DNA of 64,000 nucleotides from Candidatus Gottesmanbacteria bacterium (lineage in GTDB: Bacteria > Patescibacteriota > Microgenomatia > UBA10105 > UBA927), in the NCBI GenBank assembly GCA_903821745.1, contig CAIJMI010000005.1, positions 199,802 through 263,801 of the forward strand, written 5' to 3'. Under the pieces are notes generated by a model. The model saw only the letters and a program-made list of their open reading frames with translations. It was not told where the DNA came from and made no database searches. Of the stretch, positions 9,737 to 20,187 are shown piece after piece. Both the position numbers and the translations under genes were made by a program. Every line of letters starts with the position of its first letter. Position 1 is the stretch's first letter.

Positions 9737-11236
9737 ATGACAACAAACAAAGTACTCCTCATTATCATGGATGGTTGGGGATATCGGGAAGCACCTGCGG
9801 GCAATGCCATTGCAATGGCCAAGAAACCGGAGTTTGATCGGTTATGGCAAACGTATCCTCATGCCATTATTCCTGCTTCTGGACTTGCTGTAGGACTTCC
9901 AGACGGACAAATGGGAACCTCTGAGGTCAACCACATGGTAATTGGATCCGGACGGATTATTTATCAGGATCTCGTCAAGATAAACAAGGCAATTTCAGAC
10001 GGTACATTTTTCAAAAATGAGGTATTAATTGCAACCATGGAACATGCTAAAAAACATGAGAGCACTCTCCATCTTCAGGGTCTCTTGGGACCTGGTGGTG
10101 TGCACGCATATTCCACGCATTTTTATGCGTTATTAACACTCGCCAAACAAATAGGAGTACAAAATGTGTGCATTCATGTTTTCACTGATGGTAGAGATAC
10201 AGCGCCAACAAGCGCTAAACAATACATTGCGGAATTAGAACAAAAAATACAAGAAATTGGTGTCGGAAGAATTGGAAGTATCATCGGCAGGTACTACGCC
10301 ATGGACCGGGATACGAATTGGGACAGAATTGAAAAGGCATGGAACATGCTGATCAAAGGAGAAGGCCGTCCATACAAAACAGCCAAAGAAGCAATAGAAG
10401 ACGCGTATAAACGTGGAGAAACGGACGAGTTTGTGAACGCTTCCGTAATTGGAGTACCTGCGCTCGTTAAAGAAAATGACAGTGTTATATTCGTCAATTT
10501 CAGAAGTGACCGAGCCGTAGAATTGACCAAAAAGACGCTTGATGCACACATTCCTGGCCTCAATTTCGTCGCAATGACCCAATATCGGGCAGAGTTTTCT
10601 TGTCCGGTTGCCTTCCCGCCGGAAATCGTCAAAAACACCCTTGGCGAAGTCCTTGGAAACAACAACATCAAGGAACTCCGCATTACAGAGACAGAAAAAT
10701 TCAATCACCTCACCTACTTCTTTAATTGTAAAAAGTTAGATGCCTTCGAAGGTGAAGACAGAATTCTCCTCGACTCCTACTCTGACATCAAGACACATGA
10801 CGAACGACCACAAATGCGTACCCCCGATATTGCCCAAGAAATCCTCGAAGATATCGCGGGAAACAAACACCAGTTCATTGCCACCAATTTATGCAACGCC
10901 GACATGGTGGGACACACCGGAAACATCGAGGCAACCATCAAAGGAATTGAAATAATAGATCAGGCGCTTAGCACTCTAATAACGAGAGCGCTAGAGCGTG
11001 ATTATTCTGTGATTATCACGGCTGATCATGGAAACGCTGACGAAATGATCAATGAAAAAACAGAAGAGAGGGTCACAAGTCATAGCATGAATCCTGTTCC
11101 CCTCATTTTGGTAAGCAACATCTATAGAACCATCACAAAAAAAGACCTATCCCTCGCTGATATAGCGCCAACAATTCTTGAAATCTTTGGCATTCCAAAA
11201 CCCATAGAAATGACAGGAACGTCGTTTATTTCTTAA
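9737..11236 (+). CDS. gpmI: 2,3-bisphosphoglycerate-independent phosphoglycerate mutase
   Basis: MTTNKVLLIIMDGWGYRE N-terminus and ADHGNAD metal-site region. The true ATG is at 9737, immediately after the eno stop; the ORF-track extension to 9473 overlaps eno and is rejected. Confidence 0.9.
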   Translation: MTTNKVLLIIMDGWGYREAPAGNAIAMAKKPEFDRLWQTYPHAIIPASGLAVGLPDGQMGTSEVNHMVIGSGRIIYQDLVKINKAISDGTFFKNEVLIATMEHAKKHESTLHLQGLLGPGGVHAYSTHFYALLTLAKQIGVQNVCIHVFTDGRDTAPTSAKQYIAELEQKIQEIGVGRIGSIIGRYYAMDRDTNWDRIEKAWNMLIKGEGRPYKTAKEAIEDAYKRGETDEFVNASVIGVPALVKENDSVIFVNFRSDRAVELTKKTLDAHIPGLNFVAMTQYRAEFSCPVAFPPEIVKNTLGEVLGNNNIKELRITETEKFNHLTYFFNCKKLDAFEGEDRILLDSYSDIKTHDERPQMRTPDIAQEILEDIAGNKHQFIATNLCNADMVGHTGNIEATIKGIEIIDQALSTLITRALERDYSVIITADHGNADEMINEKTEERVTSHSMNPVPLILVSNIYRTITKKDLSLADIAPTILEIFGIPKPIEMTGTSFIS

Positions 11237-13359
11237 GAAGTTCGTTCCACTGCTATCCGCGCGTCAAGTACTTTCCCGCCGTGTCCCTGAGGAAGCAGGA
11301 CAAACGGATTAATATCAAGTTCTGTTATTTCTGGGTGATCAATAACAAGTCGTGACAAACGTTGTATACACGCCACAAGTGCATCTATATCCATCGCTGG
11401 TTGTCCACGGACCCCCTGCAGAATCTTGTATACATTCAGTCGTTTTACCATAACCTCTACGTCATCATGACCAAGCGGAACAACTCCGAATGCAACATCC
11501 TTAAATGCCTCAACCAATATTCCACCTAAGCCCACCATCACCATGGTGCCAAATCCTGGTTGTTTGTTCACTCCTAAAATCATTTCGATACCGCCCACGG
11601 GCGCCATTTCAACCAAAAGTACACCTTCCAATTTTGCATGTGGTGCATGCTGTGAAACTCGCTCCATAATCGCATCATACGTGCTTTCCACATTTTCTAC
11701 TGTTACATTCAAGGCAATACCGCCAACATCACTTTTATGCGTAATATCCGGTGACACAATCTTCATTGCAACTGGAATACCCATATGTTGCAAAAGTGGT
11801 ACAAGATCCTGACGTCTTGCAACAGTTGCAGAAAGAAGTGTTGGAAAACCATACGCTTTAAGAATTTCGTGTGCGTGCTTTTCAGGAACCAATTCTTTTT
11901 TTTCTTGACCATATTTCATCAAAAGTTCAGTAGCTGCCTTTTGGTCAATATCCGCAAATGTCCGTGTGCTTTCATCAATGTCCTGAACTTTTGCAATCGA
12001 AAACTTTGTTAATGTCGCAAGAGCACGAGACGCATCCTCCGGATAGTTGAATACTGCAACATTTTCTTTCCGAAGCAGTGCCATTCCTGGTGCAACAAGT
12101 GGTCCTCCAACAAAAGACACCCCAATCGGTTTATCAATGCTTTTTTTCAGTGCAATAATCTTTTGGGCCGTCTCCACAATTTCTGTTCCCGCTTGCGGCG
12201 TTAACAAAATCAGTAAACTATCGACATGTTCGTCTTTTGCAATGACATTAAACGCTACTTCATACCGATCGCTTTTCGCATCGCCCAATACATCAATGGG
12301 ATTCATGCAGTTTGCACACATGGGAAGATGTTCTTTTAATGTTGCAACAGTCGTTTCTGAAAGGCTCGCCATCGTGAGGCCTGACACAACTGCCATATCA
12401 GTCATGAGTACTCCCGGTCCTCCTGCATTGGTTATCACTGCCACATGATTCCCTTGTGGTGTCGAATTATGTGCAAACATAAGGGCATTGGAAAATAACT
12501 CCTGAATGGTTTCCACACGAATTGCCCCTGACTGCAATGCTACGGCATCGTAATAGGCATCATTTCCGCCCAGTGCGCCGGTATGAGAAACAGACGCAGT
12601 TGCACCCGCTTGTGTTCTTCCAGCTTTCAAAAAAATAATCGGTTTTGCATACGGTCCATGTGTCACCTGACGAGCAACTTTTACAAACCCGGCAGCATCA
12701 TGAATATCTTCAACATACATGAGAATCACTTTTGTTTTTTCATCTGTTGCAAAATAGGACAACAGGGCAATTTCATCAATAACTGCCTTATTGCCAACGC
12801 TGACAAATTTGGAAAATCCGATATCAAGATCCCGTGCAAAATCAATAACAGCAGTACCGAGTGCCCCACTTTGCGAGATAAATGCAATGGAACCAACTTT
12901 TGGCGTAATGGGAGCAAAAGATGCATTCAGTCCAATTTCCGGATTAATAATACCAAGGCAGTTCGGACCAATGATCGTCATTCCGTATTGTTCACACAAC
13001 GCCTGTAAATCCTCTTCCCGTTGTTTACCTTCTGCGCCTGCCTCTTTAAATCCTGCAGAAATAATTATCAGTCCTTTCACTCCACACTTCCCCGCTTCTT
13101 CAACAACTGGCAGAACAATACCTGCATTCACCGCAATAATGGCAAGATCAACGGGTTTTCCAATAGCTGACAGTGACGCAACTGATTGAATTCCTTCAAT
13201 CAGTTGAGAGGTCGGATTAATCGGATAAATGGTTCCGATAAATCCACTTCCTACTAAATTTTTCATTAAATTATTTCCCACACTCCCTGGTTTTGCAGAA
13301 GCACCAACGAGCGCTACGGTTTTGGGAGCAAATACTAATGAAAGTGTTTGTGTGTCCAT
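11233..13359 (-). CDS. Acetate--CoA ligase (ADP-forming), fused alpha/beta subunits (CoA-binding + ATP-grasp)
   Basis: 708 aa. N-terminal CoA-binding Rossmann region (VALVGASAKPGSVG), succinyl-CoA-synthetase-like flavodoxin domain and C-terminal ATP-grasp. Confidence 0.85.
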   Translation of the reverse strand: MDTQTLSLVFAPKTVALVGASAKPGSVGNNLMKNLVGSGFIGTIYPINPTSQLIEGIQSVASLSAIGKPVDLAIIAVNAGIVLPVVEEAGKCGVKGLIIISAGFKEAGAEGKQREEDLQALCEQYGMTIIGPNCLGIINPEIGLNASFAPITPKVGSIAFISQSGALGTAVIDFARDLDIGFSKFVSVGNKAVIDEIALLSYFATDEKTKVILMYVEDIHDAAGFVKVARQVTHGPYAKPIIFLKAGRTQAGATASVSHTGALGGNDAYYDAVALQSGAIRVETIQELFSNALMFAHNSTPQGNHVAVITNAGGPGVLMTDMAVVSGLTMASLSETTVATLKEHLPMCANCMNPIDVLGDAKSDRYEVAFNVIAKDEHVDSLLILLTPQAGTEIVETAQKIIALKKSIDKPIGVSFVGGPLVAPGMALLRKENVAVFNYPEDASRALATLTKFSIAKVQDIDESTRTFADIDQKAATELLMKYGQEKKELVPEKHAHEILKAYGFPTLLSATVARRQDLVPLLQHMGIPVAMKIVSPDITHKSDVGGIALNVTVENVESTYDAIMERVSQHAPHAKLEGVLLVEMAPVGGIEMILGVNKQPGFGTMVMVGLGGILVEAFKDVAFGVVPLGHDDVEVMVKRLNVYKILQGVRGQPAMDIDALVACIQRLSRLVIDHPEITELDINPFVLLPQGHGGKVLDARIAVERTS

Positions 13360-13364
13360 AAGAG

Positions 13365-14786
13365 CTATATTGTCATAATGCTGACAGTATTCGTCATGCC
13401 GGATTTTCTCCAGGTTGATCCGTGAATAAAAATAATCTTATCTCCAGCTGCAATCAGCTGTTTTGTTTTTAATTCTTTGATAACATCGTGCGTCGTGGTA
13501 ATCATACCATCAGATGGAAATCGCATAAAGATTGGCTTGACGCCATACGATAATGTTAACATTTCAATTGTTTTTTCATTGTCCGATACTGCGAAAATTG
13601 GAACGCCGGGGTGGCAACTGGAAACACACCGTGCGGTGTATCCTGTTTCAGTCAATACGATAATGGCTTTCACTGCGTCTTTTTTTGTATCAGTAACGAT
13701 TGGCAATATCGCATGCACAATAGTATCGGTTGTTCGTTCTTCTGTTGGATTAACCCATGAGGGTACCGTATGTTTTTCATTCCACGCTAAAATCCGTGCC
13801 ATAGTTGCAACAGATTTTTCAGGAAATTGACCTGATGCAGATTCCTGGGACAACATGGTTGCATCTGTAAAATCATAGACAGCATTTGCAACATCCGTTG
13901 CCTCTGCTCGTGTTGGTCGTGGATTATCACACATCGATTGCAGCATTTGTGTTGCAACAATGACTGGCTTTCGTTGTCGTCGGCATTCCAAAATCATGTG
14001 TTTTTGTTCATAGGCAAGGCGCTCAATTGGCGTTTCTATACCAAGATCACCGCGCGCTATCATAATGCCATCGGCTGCGGTAATAATATCCACCAGATGA
14101 TCAAGCGCCGGTTGACTTTCAATCTTTGCAATAATCATCGCATCAACATGTCGTTTTTTCATTTCTTCCCGCAAAATTTCCACGTCTTCTTTTGTTCGGG
14201 TAAACGAAAGCGCGACAAAATCCACGTTATGTTTTACTGCCATATCCAGCTTTGCCAAATCATCAGAAATAAGCGATGGAAGTGCAATATGCTTCCCTGG
14301 TAAATTCACACCTTTTCGATGTTTGATAACAGCATCCTCTTTCATTTCAATAATAAATCCATCCGTATTCACTTCAACAACAGTAGCCTCGATAAATCCA
14401 TCATCAATGAGAAATGCATCGCCGACGTGTAACACCTGAAATACCGGCGCGTTGGGAACAACAATCGATTGTATACCCGGCATATATGCAGGAGTAACCG
14501 GGTATCGGTCACCTTTTTTTACATGGATTTCTTTTTGTTCTGGGGTTTCCAAACGAATTTCTGGCCCCTGTAAATCAATTAAAATACCAACAGGAATATG
14601 CAATTCATCAGCAATCGTTTGCACTAAAGTAATGCGCTCTTCGTGCCATGCAATCGTGTTGTGTTTCATATTAAAACGAAATACATTTACGCCTGCATGC
14701 AACAGGGCGGTAATAAGAGAACGAGTATCTGATGTTGGACCAATAGTTGCAACAATTTTTGTAAATTTTTTCATCGCTTCTTTCAT
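13365..14786 (-). CDS. pyk: Pyruvate kinase
   Basis: N-terminus TKIVATIGPTSD; 473 aa; immediately upstream of acd. Confidence 0.9.
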   Translation of the reverse strand: MKEAMKKFTKIVATIGPTSDTRSLITALLHAGVNVFRFNMKHNTIAWHEERITLVQTIADELHIPVGILIDLQGPEIRLETPEQKEIHVKKGDRYPVTPAYMPGIQSIVVPNAPVFQVLHVGDAFLIDDGFIEATVVEVNTDGFIIEMKEDAVIKHRKGVNLPGKHIALPSLISDDLAKLDMAVKHNVDFVALSFTRTKEDVEILREEMKKRHVDAMIIAKIESQPALDHLVDIITAADGIMIARGDLGIETPIERLAYEQKHMILECRRQRKPVIVATQMLQSMCDNPRPTRAEATDVANAVYDFTDATMLSQESASGQFPEKSVATMARILAWNEKHTVPSWVNPTEERTTDTIVHAILPIVTDTKKDAVKAIIVLTETGYTARCVSSCHPGVPIFAVSDNEKTIEMLTLSYGVKPIFMRFPSDGMITTTHDVIKELKTKQLIAAGDKIIFIHGSTWRKSGMTNTVSIMTI

Positions 14787-14844
14787 TCTACACCAATTGC
14801 AGGTTCCATTGACACCCCGACACTATCCGTGAAAGAATAGACGT

Positions 14845-15219
14845 ATGAAGGAGAAAAAAGACAACACGATTCTTTATATCACCTCAACAATTGCCTTCAT
14901 CCTCATGGGAATCATTCTTACTGGCATTATCAATAAAACAAAAAATACCGACGTAAGAACACGTGCCAGTAGCACAAACGGTATTGCCGCAACGGGGGTT
15001 GTATCAAGCGTGGATTCTATCAAAAACACGATTAGTGTTGATCAACTCTTTTTTGTAAGTAGTCCAAATAAAGGAATGGGAAGTTGGACTGTAACGCCAC
15101 CAATAACATTTAACCTTGATTCAATCACCTCAGGTAACAACATTAGTATTACCATTGATCCAACAACACTCGCAATTACTACGCACACGCTCACTGCAAA
15201 AGAAATAAAAAAGAAGTAA
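14845..15219 (+). CDS. Hypothetical membrane-anchored protein
   Basis: 124 aa with a single N-terminal TM (ILYITSTIAFILMGIILTGII) and a Ser/Thr-rich remainder. Confidence 0.45.
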   Translation: MKEKKDNTILYITSTIAFILMGIILTGIINKTKNTDVRTRASSTNGIAATGVVSSVDSIKNTISVDQLFFVSSPNKGMGSWTVTPPITFNLDSITSGNNISITIDPTTLAITTHTLTAKEIKKK

Positions 15220-15220
15220 A

Positions 15221-16636
15221 TTATTGCAGTTTCACAACGGTTTCATTTGCGGTATCCTGAACACTATAGCCACGATCGGTAATCTGTTTTCGAAGTGCAT
15301 CTGCTTCCTGAAACTTTTTTTCCTTCCGAAGTTCTGTTATTTTTGTTGCAAGTTCCAATATTTCCTTTGGAATTGCTTCTTGTTTAAAATCAGCTAACCC
15401 GAGACCGAACACACGGTCAAAATCCAAAAGCAATGCTCGTTTTTCCCCTTGGGAAATATCGGATTTTGTCATTTCCCACACAATCCCTAAGGCCTGCGGC
15501 ACATTAATATCATCAGAAATTGCACATAAAAATCGCTGCTTAAACGTAAACGCCTCTTTACTCAGCTCGTGTTCTGAAAATGCTTCTTTCCATGTTCCAA
15601 TATACTCTCGCAGTGTTGTAAGTGCACTTTTTGCTCCATCCAGAGCTTCCCACGTAAAATTTTGTTTTGACCGATAATGGGACTGTAAAAAGAAATACCG
15701 CAAAACTAAAGGATCATATCCATGGTCGATAATTTCGGAAAGAGAAAATCCTGTTCCTTCTGATTTTGCCATTTTTTTGTCATTGACGAGCAAATGTTCA
15801 TTATGAAGCCAATAGTGAACGAATGGTACACCATTTGCCGCTTCACTTTGTGCAATCTCATTCGTATGGTGAACTGGAATATGTTCTACTCCTCCCATGT
15901 GAATATCTATCGTATTTCCAAGAAGTGCTTTCGTCATGGCAGAGCACTCAAGATGCCATCCTGGAAATCCTTCCCCGTTTTTCACAAGAAGTGACTGGAA
16001 AGGAGACGGCCAATATTGCAGTGCATTTGTATGTACTCCCGCAGTAAAAAACCACAATACAAAATCAGCTGCATGCTTTTTTCGTGGATCTGATACCTCT
16101 GCTTTCCCCGCTCCTTCCATAAGCTTATCCATTTGCTGGTGCGAAAGTTTTGTATATGTCTCAAATGTTGTTACATCAAAATATACCGCAAGGTCAGTGG
16201 TATATGCATATCCTTTTTCAAGAAGTGTCGAAACAAGTGCAATCATATCCACAATATATGCTGTTGCCAAAGGTTTTACGGTTGGTTCAAGGAGATGAAG
16301 TGCTTGAGTATCAATTTCAAATTGATGAATATACAACGTTGCAATTTCATCTGGTGTTTTTCCTTCTCGTTTTGCCCCCTTTTCCATTTTGTCTTCCCCA
16401 GTATCACTATCTGATGTCAGGTGTCCGACATCAGTATAATTTCTTACATGTTTCACCGTGAGTCCCATATACTCCATTGTTCGCCGTACCAAATCGCCCA
16501 TTGTCATACCACGAAGATTACCGATATGCTGTGTCCAATACACAGTTGGGCCGCAGTGATAAAACAAAACCTGCCCGGGAGAAATCGGCTGGAATTCTTC
16601 TTTCTTTCGAGTTAAGGTGTTAAACAAAGTCAGCAT
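15221..16636 (-). CDS. cysS: Cysteinyl-tRNA synthetase
   Basis: HIGH motif (HIGN) in YHCGPTVYWTQHIGNLRG and KMAKSEG (KMSKS); 471 aa. Confidence 0.9.
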   Translation of the reverse strand: MLTLFNTLTRKKEEFQPISPGQVLFYHCGPTVYWTQHIGNLRGMTMGDLVRRTMEYMGLTVKHVRNYTDVGHLTSDSDTGEDKMEKGAKREGKTPDEIATLYIHQFEIDTQALHLLEPTVKPLATAYIVDMIALVSTLLEKGYAYTTDLAVYFDVTTFETYTKLSHQQMDKLMEGAGKAEVSDPRKKHAADFVLWFFTAGVHTNALQYWPSPFQSLLVKNGEGFPGWHLECSAMTKALLGNTIDIHMGGVEHIPVHHTNEIAQSEAANGVPFVHYWLHNEHLLVNDKKMAKSEGTGFSLSEIIDHGYDPLVLRYFFLQSHYRSKQNFTWEALDGAKSALTTLREYIGTWKEAFSEHELSKEAFTFKQRFLCAISDDINVPQALGIVWEMTKSDISQGEKRALLLDFDRVFGLGLADFKQEAIPKEILELATKITELRKEKKFQEADALRKQITDRGYSVQDTANETVVKLQ

Positions 16637-16653
16637 ATTTTCTTTTGATTATA

Positions 16654-17148
16654 TCAGTCCTGCCGAACATTTTTACTCCTCTCCATCGAACTTTTCCCTT
16701 TGATCCCATACAAATCTCCACGACGTTTTTTGGAAGACATATGCGGAACTGCAGCAAACGCTTCGTTTTTCGCTTGTTCTTTTTGTATCATTTTTTTCTC
16801 TTGTTCCTCTTTTTGTTGTTCCTCAAATATAGAAGGCGCTGGCTTTTCACTATGCCCTGCAAGTTGTTCAAGAGCTGCACGTGCAATAGCTTTTTTTACT
16901 TTCACATCTTTTGTTTCTTCGATAGCACCAAGTGCGCCATCTGGCTTGTTTGACAGTACTGCTCCTCCACCCTCCCATGTACTACCGTCTCCTCCTTGAT
17001 GTTGTCTTTTACTGGAAGAGGATCCTGTTAAACTTTCTAAAATTTTTCCACCGATATCAACAGGAGCCTTTGTCACTTCATGAGCAACATCTTTCCCAAT
17101 GTCTTCAAACGAACCAATCATTGGTGGTTTATATCCTCCTGGTTTCAT
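16654..17148 (-). CDS. Hypothetical low-complexity (Gly/Lys/Glu-rich) protein
   Basis: ORF of 176 aa. Start placed at the internal Met (MKPGGYK) so it does not overlap the upstream DUF59 gene. Confidence 0.35.
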   Translation of the reverse strand: MKPGGYKPPMIGSFEDIGKDVAHEVTKAPVDIGGKILESLTGSSSSKRQHQGGDGSTWEGGGAVLSNKPDGALGAIEETKDVKVKKAIARAALEQLAGHSEKPAPSIFEEQQKEEQEKKMIQKEQAKNEAFAAVPHMSSKKRRGDLYGIKGKSSMERSKNVRQD

Positions 17149-17152
17149 AGTG

Positions 17153-17455
17153 TTATATCCCAAGCTGTGCCCGTGCATCCTCACTCATGAGTTCAATAGA
17201 CCACGGCGGCTCAAACGTAAGCTCAACGGTTACTTTTTTGACACCCTTAATTTTTTTAATCTGCTCTTCGATATCTCCCTGAATAGTTCCAAACAGAGGA
17301 CAACCAACAGAAGTTAATGTCATTATGACTTCTACATTACCTTTTTCGTCAATATGAAGGTCATAAATAAGCCCAAGGTCCCATAAACTAATATGCAGTT
17401 CGGGATCCATAATTTCTTTCAAAACTTTTTCTATTTTTGACCTGATATCTGTCAT
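17153..17455 (-). CDS. Fe-S cluster assembly protein (DUF59/MIP18/SufT-like)
   Basis: MTDIRSKIEKVLKEIMDPELHISLWDLGLIYD...LTSVGCPLF, the characteristic DUF59 pattern. Start at the internal Met avoids overlap with recR. Confidence 0.7.
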   Translation of the reverse strand: MTDIRSKIEKVLKEIMDPELHISLWDLGLIYDLHIDEKGNVEVIMTLTSVGCPLFGTIQGDIEEQIKKIKGVKKVTVELTFEPPWSIELMSEDARAQLGI

Positions 17456-17498
17456 ACCAATCGTATTATCCTTGATTTGAGAAACGGGTGCAAGAAAA

Positions 17499-18104
17499 TT
17501 AAAAGTCGCGTCTACCCTCAAAAGCGCGTTTCAGTGTCACTTCATCCGCATATTCAATATCACCACCAATTGGAATACCATGCGCAAGACGCGTAATTTT
17601 TATAGACATATTTCCAAGCTGTTTTTGGATATACATTGCCGTTGCTTCCCCTTCCATCGTCGGATTCATCGCAAAAATGAGTTCCGTAACTGGTTCACTT
17701 TGATTTTTGATACGCTGGAACAAATCTGCAATATAAATTTCATCTGGACCAATATTATTGAGCGGATCAATACTTCCGTGAAGTACATGATATACCCCAT
17801 GAAATGCACCCGTCCGTTCAACAGACAACACATCTGTTGGTTGTTCAACAAGACAGATCATCGTGTGATCACGCCTGGGATCTGAACAAATCTGGCACGG
17901 ATCTCCCTCCGTCACATTTTTACACACACTGCACAAAACCGTATTTGCCTTCAGTGCAACAAGGGAATCTGCAAACCGTTTAATTTCATCTGCCGGCACA
18001 TGCAGAAGATAAAAGGCAAGCCGCTGTGCGGTTTTCGGTCCAATACCAGGAAGTCGTTCAAACGATTCAACCACCCGTGTTACTGATGTAGGAAGAATAT
18101 TCAT
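17499..18104 (-). CDS. recR: Recombination protein RecR
   Basis: N-terminal HhH (FERLPGIGPKTAQRLAFYLL), C4 zinc finger (CSVCKN...CQIC) and Toprim; 201 aa. Confidence 0.9.
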   Translation of the reverse strand: MNILPTSVTRVVESFERLPGIGPKTAQRLAFYLLHVPADEIKRFADSLVALKANTVLCSVCKNVTEGDPCQICSDPRRDHTMICLVEQPTDVLSVERTGAFHGVYHVLHGSIDPLNNIGPDEIYIADLFQRIKNQSEPVTELIFAMNPTMEGEATAMYIQKQLGNMSIKITRLAHGIPIGGDIEYADEVTLKRAFEGRRDF

Positions 18105-18115
18105 AAAAACGTACG

Positions 18116-19030
18116 TTATCGAATAATAGTTAAAACTGCAGTAGCGATCGTTGATGCTACAGAAACAATTGTCGTTCCTTTCGGAAGACGATCCTCTGAA
18201 TCGATGATGGTATCCGTTAATATCAAATGATCAATTGCTGCTTTTTCCAAATTAGTTTTTGCATCTCCTGCAAGCACTGCGTGAGTTGCACATACGATCA
18301 CCGAAGTGGCACCTGCCTGTCGAAGTGCATCCGCACTATGTATGATCGTACCACCGGTTGAAATCATGTCATCATTGATGATGACAGTTCTTCCCTTCAC
18401 ATCACCGATAATCTGAAAATTTTCACTCACATCATGACGATCAATGAATCGTTTCTTTTCCATAACAACCAAATCTGCGTCCAGTTGGTATGCAAAATTT
18501 CTTGCGCGCCTGACACCACCAACATCAGGTGATACAACAACCGGATCTGTAACATGCAACTTTTTTATTGCATTCACTAACACGGGCATAGCACTAATAT
18601 GAGTCACCGGAATTTGAAAAAATCCAACGATAGCATCATTATGTAAATCAACAACGATCACTTCTTTAAATTTGGAAATTTCAATAAATTTTGCAATGAC
18701 ACGAGATGAAATAGGTTCACCAACCCGATGTTGTTTATCTTGTCTCGAATACCCAAGATATGGGATAACAGCAACCATGGTTTTTGGCGCACTTCTTCGT
18801 AATGCATCACCCATCAAAGACATTTCCATGATATATTCATCCATCGGCGTAGAAAGTGACTGCAGCACAAAAACAGTTTTATCTCGAACATCTTCCTGAA
18901 TCCATGGTCTCACTTCCCCATCAGCAAATCGTGATAAATCAACCTTGCCCAGTGTTATATGGAGTTCTTCTGCAACTTTTTTGGCAAGCGTTTGGTTACT
19001 AGACCCAGAAAACAATAAATAGTCTTTCAT
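18116..19030 (-). CDS. prs: Ribose-phosphate pyrophosphokinase
   Basis: MKDYLLFSGSSNQTLAKKVAEELHITLGKVDLSRFADGE N-terminus and PRPP-binding loop; 304 aa. Confidence 0.9.
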   Translation of the reverse strand: MKDYLLFSGSSNQTLAKKVAEELHITLGKVDLSRFADGEVRPWIQEDVRDKTVFVLQSLSTPMDEYIMEMSLMGDALRRSAPKTMVAVIPYLGYSRQDKQHRVGEPISSRVIAKFIEISKFKEVIVVDLHNDAIVGFFQIPVTHISAMPVLVNAIKKLHVTDPVVVSPDVGGVRRARNFAYQLDADLVVMEKKRFIDRHDVSENFQIIGDVKGRTVIINDDMISTGGTIIHSADALRQAGATSVIVCATHAVLAGDAKTNLEKAAIDHLILTDTIIDSEDRLPKGTTIVSVASTIATAVLTIIR

Positions 19031-19039
19031 ATATATTTG

Positions 19040-19768
19040 TTATACCCGTTTCAGCCCAAAGTAATCAAGGACTGAATTATCCATCAAAGTATCAACTAAG
19101 AAATCAGGATGTTCTGCATTCAGGACAACCGGATCATGATGGCGACCGGTCATGACGGCAATGGTATGGGCACCAATTGCTTTTCCGCACCGGATATCAT
19201 GGACAGTATCTCCAATAACGGAAACATCTTTCGGGGAAAATTGCTCATGAAAAAATGCATCTGCTTTCACAAACACCTTTTTTGCAAGTTCAATCCGGTC
19301 ATCTGCTTCTTCCCCATACAATCCAAACTGAAATATATGATTATATCCTGCTTTATCCAGTTTCCATTCAGCAATGCTTTGGACATTACCAGATAAAATA
19401 CCATATGCGATTCCACTCTTGTTCATCACTAAATCAAGAAAGTGTCGCGCGGTTGGAATTGCGTGATAAAGGGCGGTATCCGTTACTATTGTATCCATAT
19501 ATTCAGCCATTGCTTGAGCAAGCACGGGCAATTTTTTTTCAAATGCTTCTTTCGTAATACTGCTATTTTTTACACAATCCCACAAAATGCTTTTATCAAT
19601 ATACCCATTGTATGTAGAAAAATCGATGTTGACGGAAAGACCAAAAACTTTTCGTACTGCGAAAGAAAATTTAGACTCTCCGTTTGCAATCATCTCAAAA
19701 ACAGAGGCTCCTGTCTGACTAATCAATGTCCCGTCAATGTCAAATAAAATAAGTTTCATGTTAAACAA
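19040..19768 (-). CDS. HAD-superfamily hydrolase
   Basis: Motif I LILFDIDGTLI; 242 aa. Confidence 0.75.
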   Translation of the reverse strand: MFNMKLILFDIDGTLISQTGASVFEMIANGESKFSFAVRKVFGLSVNIDFSTYNGYIDKSILWDCVKNSSITKEAFEKKLPVLAQAMAEYMDTIVTDTALYHAIPTARHFLDLVMNKSGIAYGILSGNVQSIAEWKLDKAGYNHIFQFGLYGEEADDRIELAKKVFVKADAFFHEQFSPKDVSVIGDTVHDIRCGKAIGAHTIAVMTGRHHDPVVLNAEHPDFLVDTLMDNSVLDYFGLKRV

Positions 19769-20144
19769 ATACCGGTTCCGGAAGTTTCACTTGCGCATCC
19801 TGATTGGATAGAAGAAAAAGAAACACCCGACGTTTAATATCTATCCATGCTTCACCTGGGTGCTTTGCCGCCTCTTCCTCCATTACTTTATATTGCTCTG
19901 TCGTTATGATTTGAGAAAAAACTGGTCTTTTGTCTTCGTCAACTAAAATACCAACTTTGTATCGTAGTTGTCCTGCGTCTGCATTCTGTTTTAATCCAAA
20001 TATATGAAGTTCATCAGCTGTTGCCATTGCAACTGCTGCCATGGATGGCGTTCCGTGATAGGAAACATCTGCTCGAAATGGCTGTGCACCAAACAAACGA
20101 TCAATATACGGTGACTGTCCAACGGTTTGTTCGTGACCACCCAT
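19761..20144 (-). CDS. Hypothetical protein
   Basis: 127-aa ORF packed between the ahcY and HAD genes with an 8-nt overlap; no family recognised. Confidence 0.4.
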   Translation of the reverse strand: MGGHEQTVGQSPYIDRLFGAQPFRADVSYHGTPSMAAVAMATADELHIFGLKQNADAGQLRYKVGILVDEDKRPVFSQIITTEQYKVMEEEAAKHPGEAWIDIKRRVFLFLLSNQDAQVKLPEPVFV

Positions 20145-20187
20145 AGTTACCCTTTCTTTTTAAGCAGATTATATACCATTCAATAAT

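Noticed and set aside
11543-13189. Several 75-141-aa plus-strand ORFs antisense to the acd gene
   Set aside because: They sit inside a well-supported 708-aa conserved gene on the opposite strand, with low-complexity Cys/Ser-rich translations.
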